From positions 32,001 to 96,000 of the forward strand of contig JAZURI010000010.1 in the NCBI GenBank assembly GCA_045606105.1: 64,000 nt of DNA. The letters run 5' to 3'. The position numbers and the translations under genes were made by a program. Within the stretch, counting starts at the first letter, position 1; each line of letters starts with the position of its first letter. This document shows, piece after piece, positions 10,123-18,676 of the stretch. This DNA is from Spirochaetia bacterium (GTDB lineage Bacteria > Spirochaetota > Spirochaetia > CADAEX01). Under the pieces are notes generated by a model. That model had not been told where the DNA came from, ran no database searches, and saw only the letters and a list, made by a program, of their open reading frames with translations.

Positions 10123-10574
10123 AGCATGGAACCTCTTCCTATCTGCCTGAATTTCTGTTTTGTGCTTATGAAGGAGATTCCCTTTTTGCTGTCGTACCCG
10201 ATATAGAGAATATATCCCTTCTTGCCGTTGACCTTTACAGCCATCCCTACACAGCATCCATCTACAAACAGGATATCGCCTGGCATAGGCATTCCGCGGG
10301 TATATAAAAGCTTGTTTTCGTCCAGGAGCTGCAGCATCAGGGCACTGTCGCACGGAAGGGTCAGTCCTGCATAGCTATACACCGCACAAACCAGACCGGT
10401 ACTGTCGGCATTGTATTTCTTTCCGTTCACGATAAGGGACGGCCTCCCCTCTGCCCAGTCCGCTCCCTCCAGAAGCTTCTTTACCACATCGGCATTCTCC
10501 ACCGTTCCGGGAGCAGAGCTGCAGCCGGAGCAGAGAATCACGGTAGCAATCATGATAAAAAGCAGTCTTTTCAT
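10119..10574 (-). CDS. lipoprotein with a degenerate NlpC/P60-like domain
   Basis: Lipobox LCSG-C. DSTGLV..VY..AG..LP and PGDILF match the NlpC/P60 pattern. Confidence 0.6.
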   Translation of the reverse strand: MKRLLFIMIATVILCSGCSSAPGTVENADVVKKLLEGADWAEGRPSLIVNGKKYNADSTGLVCAVYSYAGLTLPCDSALMLQLLDENKLLYTRGMPMPGDILFVDGCCVGMAVKVNGKKGYILYIGYDSKKGISFISTKQKFRQIGRGSML

Positions 10575-11896
10575 TTTTTCTTGTCTCCGGTCTGCTCCCT
10601 TACAGCATAAATCAGAGGCAGTTCCTCCGGGGCCTCATCTGAAATGGTATATGCAGCCAGGAACCTTTCCATGGCATTATCTGAATTTGTCCTGTCATTG
10701 ATATGGAAAAGGGCCATTTCCTCGCCGGCCTCCACATAGTCGCCCAGCCGTTTTCCGATAACAACACCTACAGCCGGATCTACGTCATCCTCTTTTCTTG
10801 CCCTGCCGGCTCCCAGCAGGAAAGCGGCGTTACCCACCTCCTTGGTATCCACGGCAGAAAGATATCCCGATTTCGGAGCCTTTACGGAAACTGTCAGTGA
10901 TGCCTGAGGAAGAAGTGATGTATCCTCCGTCACGGCAGGATTTCCTCCCTGGTTACGGATAAGGGCTGCAAGCTTTTCAAGGGCTGCTCCTGATGCCAGC
11001 TTTTCCTCCATGAGCTCATAGGCTTCCGTATCATCGCCGCAGATTCCCGAAAGAATAAGCATCTTTGAAGCCAATGCCATGGAAACAGTCTTCATGGCAC
11101 AGTCACGGTTTTCCCGGAGTATCTCTATGGTCTCCTTTACTGCCAGGGCATTTCCCACGGCATTTCCCAGAGGCTGGTTCATATCTGTAACCACTGCGGC
11201 GGTCCTGACACCGGCCAGGGTTCCGATACCGACCATGGCATCTGCCAGCTTTACGGCAGACCTTACATCCCGCATGAAGGCACCATTTCCGGTCTTCACA
11301 TCCAGGACTATGGCATCGCAGCCCAGCGCCAGCTTCTTGCTCATGATGCTGGAGGCAATGAGAGGAAGGCTTTCCACGGTGGAGGTTACATCCCTGAGGG
11401 CATAGAGCTTCTTGTCGGCAGGAACCAATCTGTCACTCTGTCCCATGACGGCAAGTCCGTCCCTGGATACATTTTCTGCAATGGCCCTGCTGTCGGAAAC
11501 GATGGAAAAACCGGGTATGGATTCCAGCTTGTCCAGGGTTCCACCGGTAAAGCCCAGCCCCCTACCCGACATCTTGGCCACCTTTCCTCCGCAGGCCGCA
11601 ACCAAAGGGGCAACAATCAGGGTCGTATCATCGCTGACACCTCCGGTGGAATGCTTGTCCACCTTTATTCCTTCTATGGAGGAAAGATTCATCCTGTCGC
11701 CGGAATTCACCATGGCTATGGTAAGGTCCGTGGTCTCCCGGTCAGTCATTCCCTGAAAACAGATTGCCATCAGAAGGGCCGAAACCTGATAGTCGGGAAT
11801 TTCCCCCTTCACATATCCTTCAATAAAAAAATTAATTTCTTCCCGGGACAGCTCCATCCCCATTCTTTTTCTGTCAATCAGTTCCTTGAACAACAT
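10571..11896 (-). CDS. pdp: pyrimidine-nucleoside/thymidine phosphorylase
   Basis: IPDYQVSALLMAI, DKHSTGGV, KMSGRGLGFTGGTLDKLESIPG, ASSIMSKK, LDVKTGNGAFM, LGAGR..K.D.VD..VG. Start MLFKELI at 11896. Confidence 0.95.
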   Translation of the reverse strand: MLFKELIDRKRMGMELSREEINFFIEGYVKGEIPDYQVSALLMAICFQGMTDRETTDLTIAMVNSGDRMNLSSIEGIKVDKHSTGGVSDDTTLIVAPLVAACGGKVAKMSGRGLGFTGGTLDKLESIPGFSIVSDSRAIAENVSRDGLAVMGQSDRLVPADKKLYALRDVTSTVESLPLIASSIMSKKLALGCDAIVLDVKTGNGAFMRDVRSAVKLADAMVGIGTLAGVRTAAVVTDMNQPLGNAVGNALAVKETIEILRENRDCAMKTVSMALASKMLILSGICGDDTEAYELMEEKLASGAALEKLAALIRNQGGNPAVTEDTSLLPQASLTVSVKAPKSGYLSAVDTKEVGNAAFLLGAGRARKEDDVDPAVGVVIGKRLGDYVEAGEEMALFHINDRTNSDNAMERFLAAYTISDEAPEELPLIYAVREQTGDKKK

Positions 11897-11897
11897 A

Positions 11898-12503
11898 TCA
11901 GATCCTGTTTCCGATGACACCGATAAAGTGTCTGATAAATTCCACAAGCCTTTCTGTTTCCAGAGGCTTCCTGAGCATCAGATCTGCCCGGCGGCTCTCC
12001 CTGATGCTGGAGTTCATTTCAGTAATGAAGATTATTGCCGGTTTTTCGTAATCCCGCCGGCTGCTTATGGTATCGTAGAGGTTTTCCACGGTGATTTCCG
12101 CAAAGCTTTCGTTGAGAATGATGATTTCAGGCTTTTCGGTCATGAGAAGCCGCCCTGCATCAAAGCTGGTTACGGCAGAAATAAAGGTACATTCCGGAAA
12201 AGGACCTTCCAGGGTATCCCTCAGGTTCTTTATGGCATAGCGGTCCGTATCTATGATCAGAATCTTCATGTCGCTGGTAAAACCGTCGTTGAGGCTGTCC
12301 AGCACCTTGGGAGGTATCTTCATACCCCTTTCCTTGAGAAAATCCACCAGATGCTCAGCATAAATTCGGTATTGCCCGCCCGGTGTGGTGAAGGCCTTAA
12401 GGGAACCGTTCTTTATCCAGTTGATTGCTGTCTGGTTTACCACTCCGCAGATGTTGGCCACCTCCAGGGCAGAATAAATCTTAATCCTCTTGTGCTTCTT
12501 CAT
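11898..12503 (-). CDS. excisionase/MerR-like HTH protein fused to an atypical receiver domain
   Basis: YSALEVANICGVVNQTAINWI...LKAF.TPGGQYRI, followed by a receiver-like fold (KILIID...KPEIIILN...LRKPL). Confidence 0.8.
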   Translation of the reverse strand: MKKHKRIKIYSALEVANICGVVNQTAINWIKNGSLKAFTTPGGQYRIYAEHLVDFLKERGMKIPPKVLDSLNDGFTSDMKILIIDTDRYAIKNLRDTLEGPFPECTFISAVTSFDAGRLLMTEKPEIIILNESFAEITVENLYDTISSRRDYEKPAIIFITEMNSSIRESRRADLMLRKPLETERLVEFIRHFIGVIGNRI

Positions 12504-13122
12504 CCATGCTCCTTATTACAGACATAGAATAACCTTTTTTCAGCAAATTTGCCACTATTTTTTCTTTTGTGATATTCTTTTTTGATGCAGCCTTCCTGTA
12601 AGCCAGCCTTGCACCGGCCATCAATGTCTCCTCATCCAGAATTCCGGATACCGCCCTTTCCGCCGTTTCCCGGCTGACGCCTCTGCTGACAAGAGCTGCA
12701 GTAAGGACCGATTTTCCGGCCGGATTTTTCCAGAGCCTGGATTTAAGCCACAGCTCTGCATAACGGCTGTCATCCAGATACTTTTTTTCCGAAAGGAAAG
12801 CAATAACCTCCTTTACGGTTTCGGAATCAAAATCCCGCTGAAGAAGCTTGCCCCGGAGAAGATATGCCGTATGCTCCGACAGGGAAAGAAGCTCCAGGGC
12901 CTTGCTGCGGCACCTGATAAACCGGTCTCCCTTTTCCAGCTTTTCCGCCGTTCCGGAAGAAATGGTATCCCCTTTGGAGAAGGAATATTCGAGGAAGTCT
13001 GAATCGGAAATAAAAAAAGAGGCTCCTGTCGAGAGCGAAACCTCGATAAAAGCCCCTTTTGTATAAATTCCGGTAACAGTAATATTAACGTTTTGAGAAC
13101 TGGAATCTTCTTCTTGCACCAC
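12481..13122 (-). CDS. recX: regulatory protein RecX
   Basis: KALELLS.SEHT...LR.KL.QR.F, L..K.YLDD.RYA..W, L..RGVS, L.KKGY. Start uncertain: the nearest in-frame GTG codons (13122/13119) lie inside rpsI. Confidence 0.8.
   Translation of the reverse strand: MVQEEDSSSQNVNITVTGIYTKGAFIEVSLSTGASFFISDSDFLEYSFSKGDTISSGTAEKLEKGDRFIRCRSKALELLSLSEHTAYLLRGKLLQRDFDSETVKEVIAFLSEKKYLDDSRYAELWLKSRLWKNPAGKSVLTAALVSRGVSRETAERAVSGILDEETLMAGARLAYRKAASKKNITKEKIVANLLKKGYSMSVIRSMDEEAQED
13012..13060 (-). terminator. intrinsic terminator downstream of rplM-rpsI, inside the recX frame
   Basis: Minus strand AAAAGGGGCTTTTATCGAG...CTCGACAGGAGCCTCTTTTTTT: a long stem with G-U pairs followed by T7, starting about 25 nt after the rpsI stop. 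Confidence 0.7.
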
Positions 13123-13477
13123 GTCTACCGTATTTCTTTCTTTCAACCATTCTGGAATCTCTTGTGAGGAATCCGTTGGCATGAAGTACTTTGATTGTGT
13201 TTTCGTCGTGAGCAGCAAGCGCTCTTGCAATTCCGTGTCTGCATGCACCGGCCTGTCCTGTTACTCCGCCACCTTTTACATTGATGAGGATATCGAACTT
13301 GCCTTCGGCAGCTGTAGCAACCAGTGGCTGCTTAACTGTGTAAACATGCTCAGGGTTAGCGAAATAACTGTCTACTTCCTTTCCGTTGACAACAATGCTT
13401 CCCTTTCCGCTTCTAAGATAAACTCTTGCAACAGAGGTTTTTCTTCTTCCTGTACCCAATGAAAGATTTTTGATCAC
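13085..13477 (-). CDS. rpsI: 30S ribosomal protein S9
   Basis: [44 protein letters not shown]...[10 protein letters not shown]. Confidence 0.98.
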   Translation of the reverse strand: MIKNLSLGTGRRKTSVARVYLRSGKGSIVVNGKEVDSYFANPEHVYTVKQPLVATAAEGKFDILINVKGGGVTGQAGACRHGIARALAAHDENTIKVLHANGFLTRDSRMVERKKYGRRGARRRFQFSKR

Positions 13478-13494
13478 TTGTTATCTCCTTACCC

Positions 13495-13923
13495 TTAAAA
13501 TTCCAGCTTTTCAGGATTCTGAGCTGCGTGTGGGTGCTCAGGTCCGGCATAGATCTTAACATTGCTGTAAAGCTTGTTTCCCAGTGCTCCGTGAGGAAGC
13601 ATTCCCTTTACGGCTCTTTCCATCGGATAAGTAGGCTTTTTCTCCATAAGAGCATTGTATGATTCAACTCTCATTCCACCTGGGTATCCGGAGTAGTTAT
13701 AGTAAAGTTTATTCTCTGCCTTGTTGCCTGTCATGATTGCTTTTTCTGCATTGATGATGATTACGTAGTCACCGATTTCCTGGTGAGGAACGTAGCAAGC
13801 CTTGTGTTTTCCTCTTGCGAGGTTTGCAGCCTTAACTGCAACGCGTCCCAGTGGGATGCCTTCTGCATCAAGCACATACCATTTTCTGACAACTTCTTTT
13901 GGTTTTACAAAGATAGTTTTCAT
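13495..13923 (-). CDS. rplM: 50S ribosomal protein L13
   Basis: WYVLDA.G..LGR.A, GKHK..Y.PH..GDYVIIINA, YSGYPGG, AVKGMLP, HPHAAQNP. Confidence 0.98.
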   Translation of the reverse strand: MKTIFVKPKEVVRKWYVLDAEGIPLGRVAVKAANLARGKHKACYVPHQEIGDYVIIINAEKAIMTGNKAENKLYYNYSGYPGGMRVESYNALMEKKPTYPMERAVKGMLPHGALGNKLYSNVKIYAGPEHPHAAQNPEKLEF

Positions 13924-13954
13924 TTATTATAGTCCTTTATAAAAATTTAACCTG

Positions 13955-14010
13955 AAACCTGTCAGAAGCTAGCAGTTCTGAAGGTAACGGACTCAAAACT
14001 GCGCAGGTTT
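13955..14010 (-). promoter_or_regulatory. candidate structured 5' leader of rplM-rpsI
   Basis: Nested complementary segments on the minus strand: AAACCTG/CAGGTTT and GCAGTTTTGA/TCAGAACTGC. Confidence 0.45.
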
Positions 14011-14029
14011 ATCCAGATTAATATACAGA

Positions 14030-14062
14030 ATAATTAATTATTTATTTGTAAGAATTTGTCAA
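14030..14062 (-). promoter_or_regulatory. putative sigma70 promoter of rplM-rpsI
   Basis: Perfect TTGACA on the minus strand at 14062-14057, followed by an AT-rich stretch. The -10 element is only approximate. Confidence 0.4.
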
Positions 14063-14066
14063 GAGC

Positions 14067-14492
14067 TCAGGCCCTTCTTTTTATCAATTTGTACATGAGC
14101 TCAATATCATCCAGAAGCTCAAGCTCCCCCTCGGTAGCACATCTGAAGCGATCCGTCATCCGACCGCAGCTGAAGCATACCTTCCTGTCTTCCGGCTGAC
14201 TGAGATTATAGCCTTCCAGAAAGCTGACAGCCAGGGAGCTGGCAAGATCGGCATGGATATATCTGACACCGCACCGGACCAGCAGTACGGCAGCTGCCTT
14301 TCCCACAGCAGAATCGTGGACACAGAGAATATCATCCCTTAAACCCGGATTCTTCTCCAGGAACCTTTCCGCATCAAGAATGGGATGAAGCCATTTTCCT
14401 CCGGTACTGAAAACAGGCTCAGGGTTTCTGCCGCTCCACATCCGGAAGCTGATTCCCTCCGGCAAAGGGGACTTATATGAAGGAAGATTCAT
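14067..14492 (-). CDS. DUF1893 (TM1506-like) protein
   Basis: D.AVGKAAA.LL...GV..IHA.L.S..A..FL and C-terminal C..E motifs. Confidence 0.7.
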   Translation of the reverse strand: MNLPSYKSPLPEGISFRMWSGRNPEPVFSTGGKWLHPILDAERFLEKNPGLRDDILCVHDSAVGKAAAVLLVRCGVRYIHADLASSLAVSFLEGYNLSQPEDRKVCFSCGRMTDRFRCATEGELELLDDIELMYKLIKRRA

Positions 14493-15202
14493 TTCACGAT
14501 TCTCCAGAAGCCGTTTTTCCTGGCTCCCACCCGGACTATGCGCCCCTGCCGCTTCAGCTGCTGCAGATAACGCTTTACCGTTGCCTCCGAAACACCGATA
14601 CTTCCGGCAAATTCCCGGTAAGTGTATCCCGGATTGGTTTCAGCCTCTTTTAAAAGGTCGTTTATAAGGTCAGTCTTGGTTTCGGTTTCAGGCTCCGGCA
14701 TCAGCTCCGACAGAGCTTCCGATATAAGCCCCAGCATAAATTCGATGAAGAGCCCCGAATTTCCCCTTTCGCCGCTCTCCTCAAGGGCTCTGTCATACCC
14801 GTCCCTTTTTTCCGCAACAAGGCTCTCCAGCGGCAGCCGGCCGAACACACCGTTCCAGCCTGAAAGAAGCTGCTTCAGCAACGCAATGCCCCGCTCTGTT
14901 TCATGGGTTTCGTAAGGCTGGAGATATTCAAATTCGTAGAGCAGCACGCAGCCCTTTATAAGGAGATGATCCTCCGACCTTTCCAGCCACTGCTTCAGGT
15001 CGCTTACAAGGAACGGAATCCGTCCCGGTCTGGGTGGAATACCGGCTGCACTGTCCGGAGCACCCAATCCCTGACGGTACGGGCCGGGAAGAACTGCCTC
15101 TGCAGGACCGGATACATTTTCACGGAAAACGGCCTGCATTGCTGCGATACCGGCTATGTGGTTTATGCTTTTTGCCGTAATTTTAAAGGGTGTCTGATAC
15201 AT
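14489..15202 (-). CDS. degenerate Fic-family protein with C-terminal winged HTH
   Basis: Y..PF.IT N-terminus, H.LIK.CV..YEFEY, LPLES......YD.AL..S...G.S..FIEFML, and HTH IGVSEATVKR.L..LK..G.I.RVG..K.G.W. The Fic catalytic motif is degenerate. Confidence 0.7.
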   Translation of the reverse strand: MYQTPFKITAKSINHIAGIAAMQAVFRENVSGPAEAVLPGPYRQGLGAPDSAAGIPPRPGRIPFLVSDLKQWLERSEDHLLIKGCVLLYEFEYLQPYETHETERGIALLKQLLSGWNGVFGRLPLESLVAEKRDGYDRALEESGERGNSGLFIEFMLGLISEALSELMPEPETETKTDLINDLLKEAETNPGYTYREFAGSIGVSEATVKRYLQQLKRQGRIVRVGARKNGFWRIVK

Positions 15203-15211
15203 CTTGGTTTA

Positions 15212-15793
15212 TTATAGCACGTCATCTTCCGACTTTACAACTGTTTCGTTGTTTGAGAACTCATATTCAAGAACCAGGTGTGCACGGTTTCCTGACTCCT
15301 CGGCCAGGGCAGACAGGTAAACAGCTGTAAGCTCATCAGGAAGATTCTCAACCCAGGCAGCAACAAGAACCCTGTCTTTCATCCTGAGTGTATACATCCA
15401 GTATTCATCATCAACAGGATCTATTACCGATTCCTTGAGTGTGTCTATTATCACGGGGCTGCCGTACTTTGCGGAAAGGCGTCCCGACATCTCCTCGAAT
15501 TTACCTCTTATTTCAGTACCGCAGGTATCGCATTCAATGGATTTTCCCACCGCACTGATATAATTCAGTCCCAGCTCGGAATCGATCTTTGCATAGTATT
15601 TCTCGAATTCGGAATGCTTCTTGTGGGGCTTGATGACAAAATATCCCTCCCGGTCTGCCGGTACAGGTCTGGTTCCGGCACAGGCCTCGGTTATATCCCT
15701 GATGCTCATTCCCTTTTCCAGTCCGAAGGGACCGGCTGCCGCATACTGAGCCACCAGCACGATCATCAGGACCGCAAATATCGATTTTTTCAT
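15212..15793 (-). CDS. exported hypothetical protein
   Basis: Signal peptide followed by AGPFGLEKGMS. Fits the operon spacing. Confidence 0.7.
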   Translation of the reverse strand: MKKSIFAVLMIVLVAQYAAAGPFGLEKGMSIRDITEACAGTRPVPADREGYFVIKPHKKHSEFEKYYAKIDSELGLNYISAVGKSIECDTCGTEIRGKFEEMSGRLSAKYGSPVIIDTLKESVIDPVDDEYWMYTLRMKDRVLVAAWVENLPDELTAVYLSALAEESGNRAHLVLEYEFSNNETVVKSEDDVL

Positions 15794-15812
15794 TTTATCT
15801 CCCCCCGCATTT

Positions 15813-16544
15813 TCAGAGTGATGTCAGGTTCCAGAGCTTTTTTCTGTCGTTTTCCGAAAGCACGGCCGGTATTACGGACGGAATGCCCTGATAGGGCGAA
15901 AGAATCAGACCTGACTCCAGAGCCTTACCGAAAAGCTCCGCATAGTCGGCAGGACTGAGCCTGGACGAAAGATAAGGGCCGTCAATTTCCCATATTTCCG
16001 AAAGAGCTTCTTTAAGGTCATTTCCAAGGTCAAAGGAAGGAGACTTCTTCATGAATGAGATGTAGTTTCGGACCCCTTTTTCAGCCCCTGCCGCAACAAC
16101 CGGCGAAATCAGATCCTCTTCCAGGTCAAGCTCCTCTGCAGAAACCACGACACCGGGTGCAAGGGCTTCGGGTACCGGGAGAATGAAAACCAGGATACCG
16201 TCCCCTTTCTGCATTTCCGCAGGTCTCAGGGTGCTGTATTCAATATCCTCCAGCCTGAGGGCCGCCTCTGCCGAAAAGGAATCCCTGAAAAGATACACAT
16301 GCTTTTCCCTGCCGAAAATATCCTGTACCGCCCTTTTGAGACGATGGGTATACCTGGAAGGAAACGGAGAGAAGATTCCCCTGTCCACATTGTTTTTCAG
16401 AGCAAGACCGTAACCGGCCTGACGATGTCCCATGACAAGACGCCCCTCTTCAAGATACATATCGAGAAAACGCCTGCCGTCTGAGGTATAGAGATGATAA
16501 CCTCTGGCCCTGGTAATTTCAGGAAGAAATTCAAATAAGCTCAT
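15813..16544 (-). CDS. shortened class-III aminotransferase-like protein
   Basis: N-terminal RARGYHLYTSDGRRFLD......VMGH resembles class III PLP enzymes, but the protein is only 243 aa. Confidence 0.6.
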   Translation of the reverse strand: MSLFEFLPEITRARGYHLYTSDGRRFLDMYLEEGRLVMGHRQAGYGLALKNNVDRGIFSPFPSRYTHRLKRAVQDIFGREKHVYLFRDSFSAEAALRLEDIEYSTLRPAEMQKGDGILVFILPVPEALAPGVVVSAEELDLEEDLISPVVAAGAEKGVRNYISFMKKSPSFDLGNDLKEALSEIWEIDGPYLSSRLSPADYAELFGKALESGLILSPYQGIPSVIPAVLSENDRKKLWNLTSL

Positions 16545-16630
16545 TGTCCTAAATTATAACAAAATATTTTTCTGATGTATAGTAAAATTCAATCAAACAT
16601 AATATATTGAAACCATACGGAGGTTATATC

Positions 16631-17938
16631 ATGAAATTTTTCAGTACAAGAGATAAAAACAACATTGTAACTTTCAAGGAAGCGGTTTTCAGAGGACTTT
16701 CCCCTGAAGGAGGCCTTTATGTTCCCGATTCCACTCCGGACCTTTCCGCATTTTATCAGGGTCTGACTGCAGAAACCCCTTTCAACGAGGCTGCTGCCGG
16801 ACTTACATATGAAATACTCAAGGACGAGCTTACCAGGGAAGAGGCAAAAGCTATCTGTGACAGAGCCTTCACCTTCAAGCCTGATATCGTGGATACCGGC
16901 AACGGAATCTTCATCATGGAGCTTTTCAACGGACCTTCCTCAGCATTCAAGGATTACGGTGCATGCTTCCTGGCTGCATCAATGGAGGCCTTCCTCAGCA
17001 AGGAAAACAAGAAAGCCCTTATTCTTACCGCTACCTCGGGAGATACGGGAAGCGCTGTTGCACAGGCATTCTTTGACAAGAAGAACATTGATGTGGTTAT
17101 CCTCTATCCGTCAGGAAGAGTAAGCCCTCTGCAGGAAAAGCAGCTTACAACACTGGGCAAGAATGTGAGAGCCCTTGAAGTAAAGGGAAATTTCGATGAC
17201 TGCCAGCGCATGGTAAAGAAGATGTTCACAGATCCTGACATGAAGTACCTGCCTCTCACATCGGCAAACTCCATCAACCTGGGAAGACTTCTCCCTCAGT
17301 CCTTCTACTACATGTATGCATACAGCCAGCTGAAGGCAAAGTACAAGGATATTGTTTTCTGTGTACCGAGCGGAAACTTCGGAAACCTGACAGCAGGTGT
17401 CCTGGACTGGACATGGGGAATGCCTGTAAAGGAATTCATCGCAGCCACAAACCTTAACAATGAGGTTCCTGAATATCTGGAAACCGGAGAATACAAGCCG
17501 CATCCTTCATTCCAGACCTATTCAAACGCCATGGATGTAGGTGATCCGAGCAACTTTGAGAGACTCCGCCACATCTTTGACAATGATTACAGAAAGATGA
17601 ATGCAATGATCAAGGGTGAATGGGTTTCCAACGAGGATACCATTGCCACAATGAAGAAATACTATGAGGAAAGAAATCTGTTCATGGATCCTCATACAGC
17701 AGTAGGATATCTCTCATCCTGCAGATACAAGGAAAAGTTCGGTGTAGGAGATGACACAGCAATCGTTTCCCTTGCAACCGCTCATCCGGGCAAGTTCCTG
17801 GAGGTTGTTGAACAGGCAACCGGCAAGGTTCCGGCTCTTCCTGAAAATCTGGAAAGACTGCTGAAGCTTGAAAAGCACTCAACTGTAATCGATAATACAG
17901 ATGAAGCTCTTAAGGAATATCTTAAAAAGACTTTCTGA
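16631..17938 (+). CDS. thrC: threonine synthase
   Basis: GLSPEGGLYVP, ELFNGPSSAFKD, ATSGDTG, ANSINLGRL, VPSGNFGN, DPHTA, TAHPGKF. GGAGG lies upstream of ATG 16631. Confidence 0.95.
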   Translation: MKFFSTRDKNNIVTFKEAVFRGLSPEGGLYVPDSTPDLSAFYQGLTAETPFNEAAAGLTYEILKDELTREEAKAICDRAFTFKPDIVDTGNGIFIMELFNGPSSAFKDYGACFLAASMEAFLSKENKKALILTATSGDTGSAVAQAFFDKKNIDVVILYPSGRVSPLQEKQLTTLGKNVRALEVKGNFDDCQRMVKKMFTDPDMKYLPLTSANSINLGRLLPQSFYYMYAYSQLKAKYKDIVFCVPSGNFGNLTAGVLDWTWGMPVKEFIAATNLNNEVPEYLETGEYKPHPSFQTYSNAMDVGDPSNFERLRHIFDNDYRKMNAMIKGEWVSNEDTIATMKKYYEERNLFMDPHTAVGYLSSCRYKEKFGVGDDTAIVSLATAHPGKFLEVVEQATGKVPALPENLERLLKLEKHSTVIDNTDEALKEYLKKTF

Positions 17939-17947
17939 TTTTTTTAA

Positions 17948-17980
17948 AAAGGCAGCGGGGTTCAGACCCTTGTTGCCTTT
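17948..17980. terminator. putative terminator hairpin between convergent thrC and DUF4956
   Basis: AAAGGCAGCGGGGT-TCAG-ACCCTTGTTGCCTTT hairpin with A/T tracts on both sides. Confidence 0.5.
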
Positions 17981-18660
17981 ATTGTGAAACTGCTGTCCGG
18001 AAAGCTTTCCCTCAGCCGGCTGTCTATGTTCTGGACTTTGTTGATATCGGTCCAGACTGTCCTGAACTTAATCTCCACGGAATCACTTCTCCCCTTGTAC
18101 TCAAGAAAACTGACCTGTCCGCCACCTGCCTGGGTTACAGCCTTGGTAATAAAATCCTTGTCCGGAAGCCTGCTGTTTTCATCCTGGCTGAAGGTAAGGG
18201 TGATATCCAGCTCCATGTGGTTAAGGAAATATTTTTTTCCGAAGCCTGAAAAATGGACTGCCAGCATGAGAATCCCGGTAAATACCGCAATGACAGCCGC
18301 AATCAGATAGAAGCCCAGACCGTTTGCCATACCGATAACAATGGCAAGGAAAATGAAGGACATGTCGATGAAGCTGTTTACGCTGGTCCTGAACCTGATG
18401 ATAGAAACGGCACCCACGAGACCGAAGGCAACGGCAAGATTGTTTCCGATAACCATCATGGCACCTGCAAGGATAACCGAAATAAAGACCATGGACTGCA
18501 TCATTATGTAATTGTTCTGCTTGGTCTTGTTCATTACCTTGTAGATTTCTCCCAGGATCAGGTTGAAGAAGGCTGAAAGACCCAGTCCCACCAGACAGTT
18601 CCAGATTGATTCCACCCTGATGGTTGATTTATTGTCTGCAAAAGAATTGAAAATTTCCAT
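17962..18660 (-). CDS. DUF4956 family membrane protein
   Basis: MMVIGNNLAVAFGLVGAVSIIRFRT......FIFLAIVIGMA.G.G.Y, plus a C-terminal ACT-like soluble domain. Confidence 0.85.
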   Translation of the reverse strand: MEIFNSFADNKSTIRVESIWNCLVGLGLSAFFNLILGEIYKVMNKTKQNNYIMMQSMVFISVILAGAMMVIGNNLAVAFGLVGAVSIIRFRTSVNSFIDMSFIFLAIVIGMANGLGFYLIAAVIAVFTGILMLAVHFSGFGKKYFLNHMELDITLTFSQDENSRLPDKDFITKAVTQAGGGQVSFLEYKGRSDSVEIKFRTVWTDINKVQNIDSRLRESFPDSSFTIKATRV

Positions 18661-18676
18661 ATTTCTCCTTTATCCT

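Noticed and set aside
10123-10353. N-terminal 77 aa of the 478-aa ORF call
   Set aside because: Overlaps the lipoprotein gene. The PHP domain starts at ATG 10122 with an ATGA coupling.
13123-13248. Long N-terminal extension of RecX in the ORF track
   Set aside because: It is an alternative frame of rpsI with no RecX-like content.
16545-16630. Possible threonine attenuator or T-box upstream of thrC
   Set aside because: Too short and AT-rich; no Thr-rich leader peptide or T-box motif.
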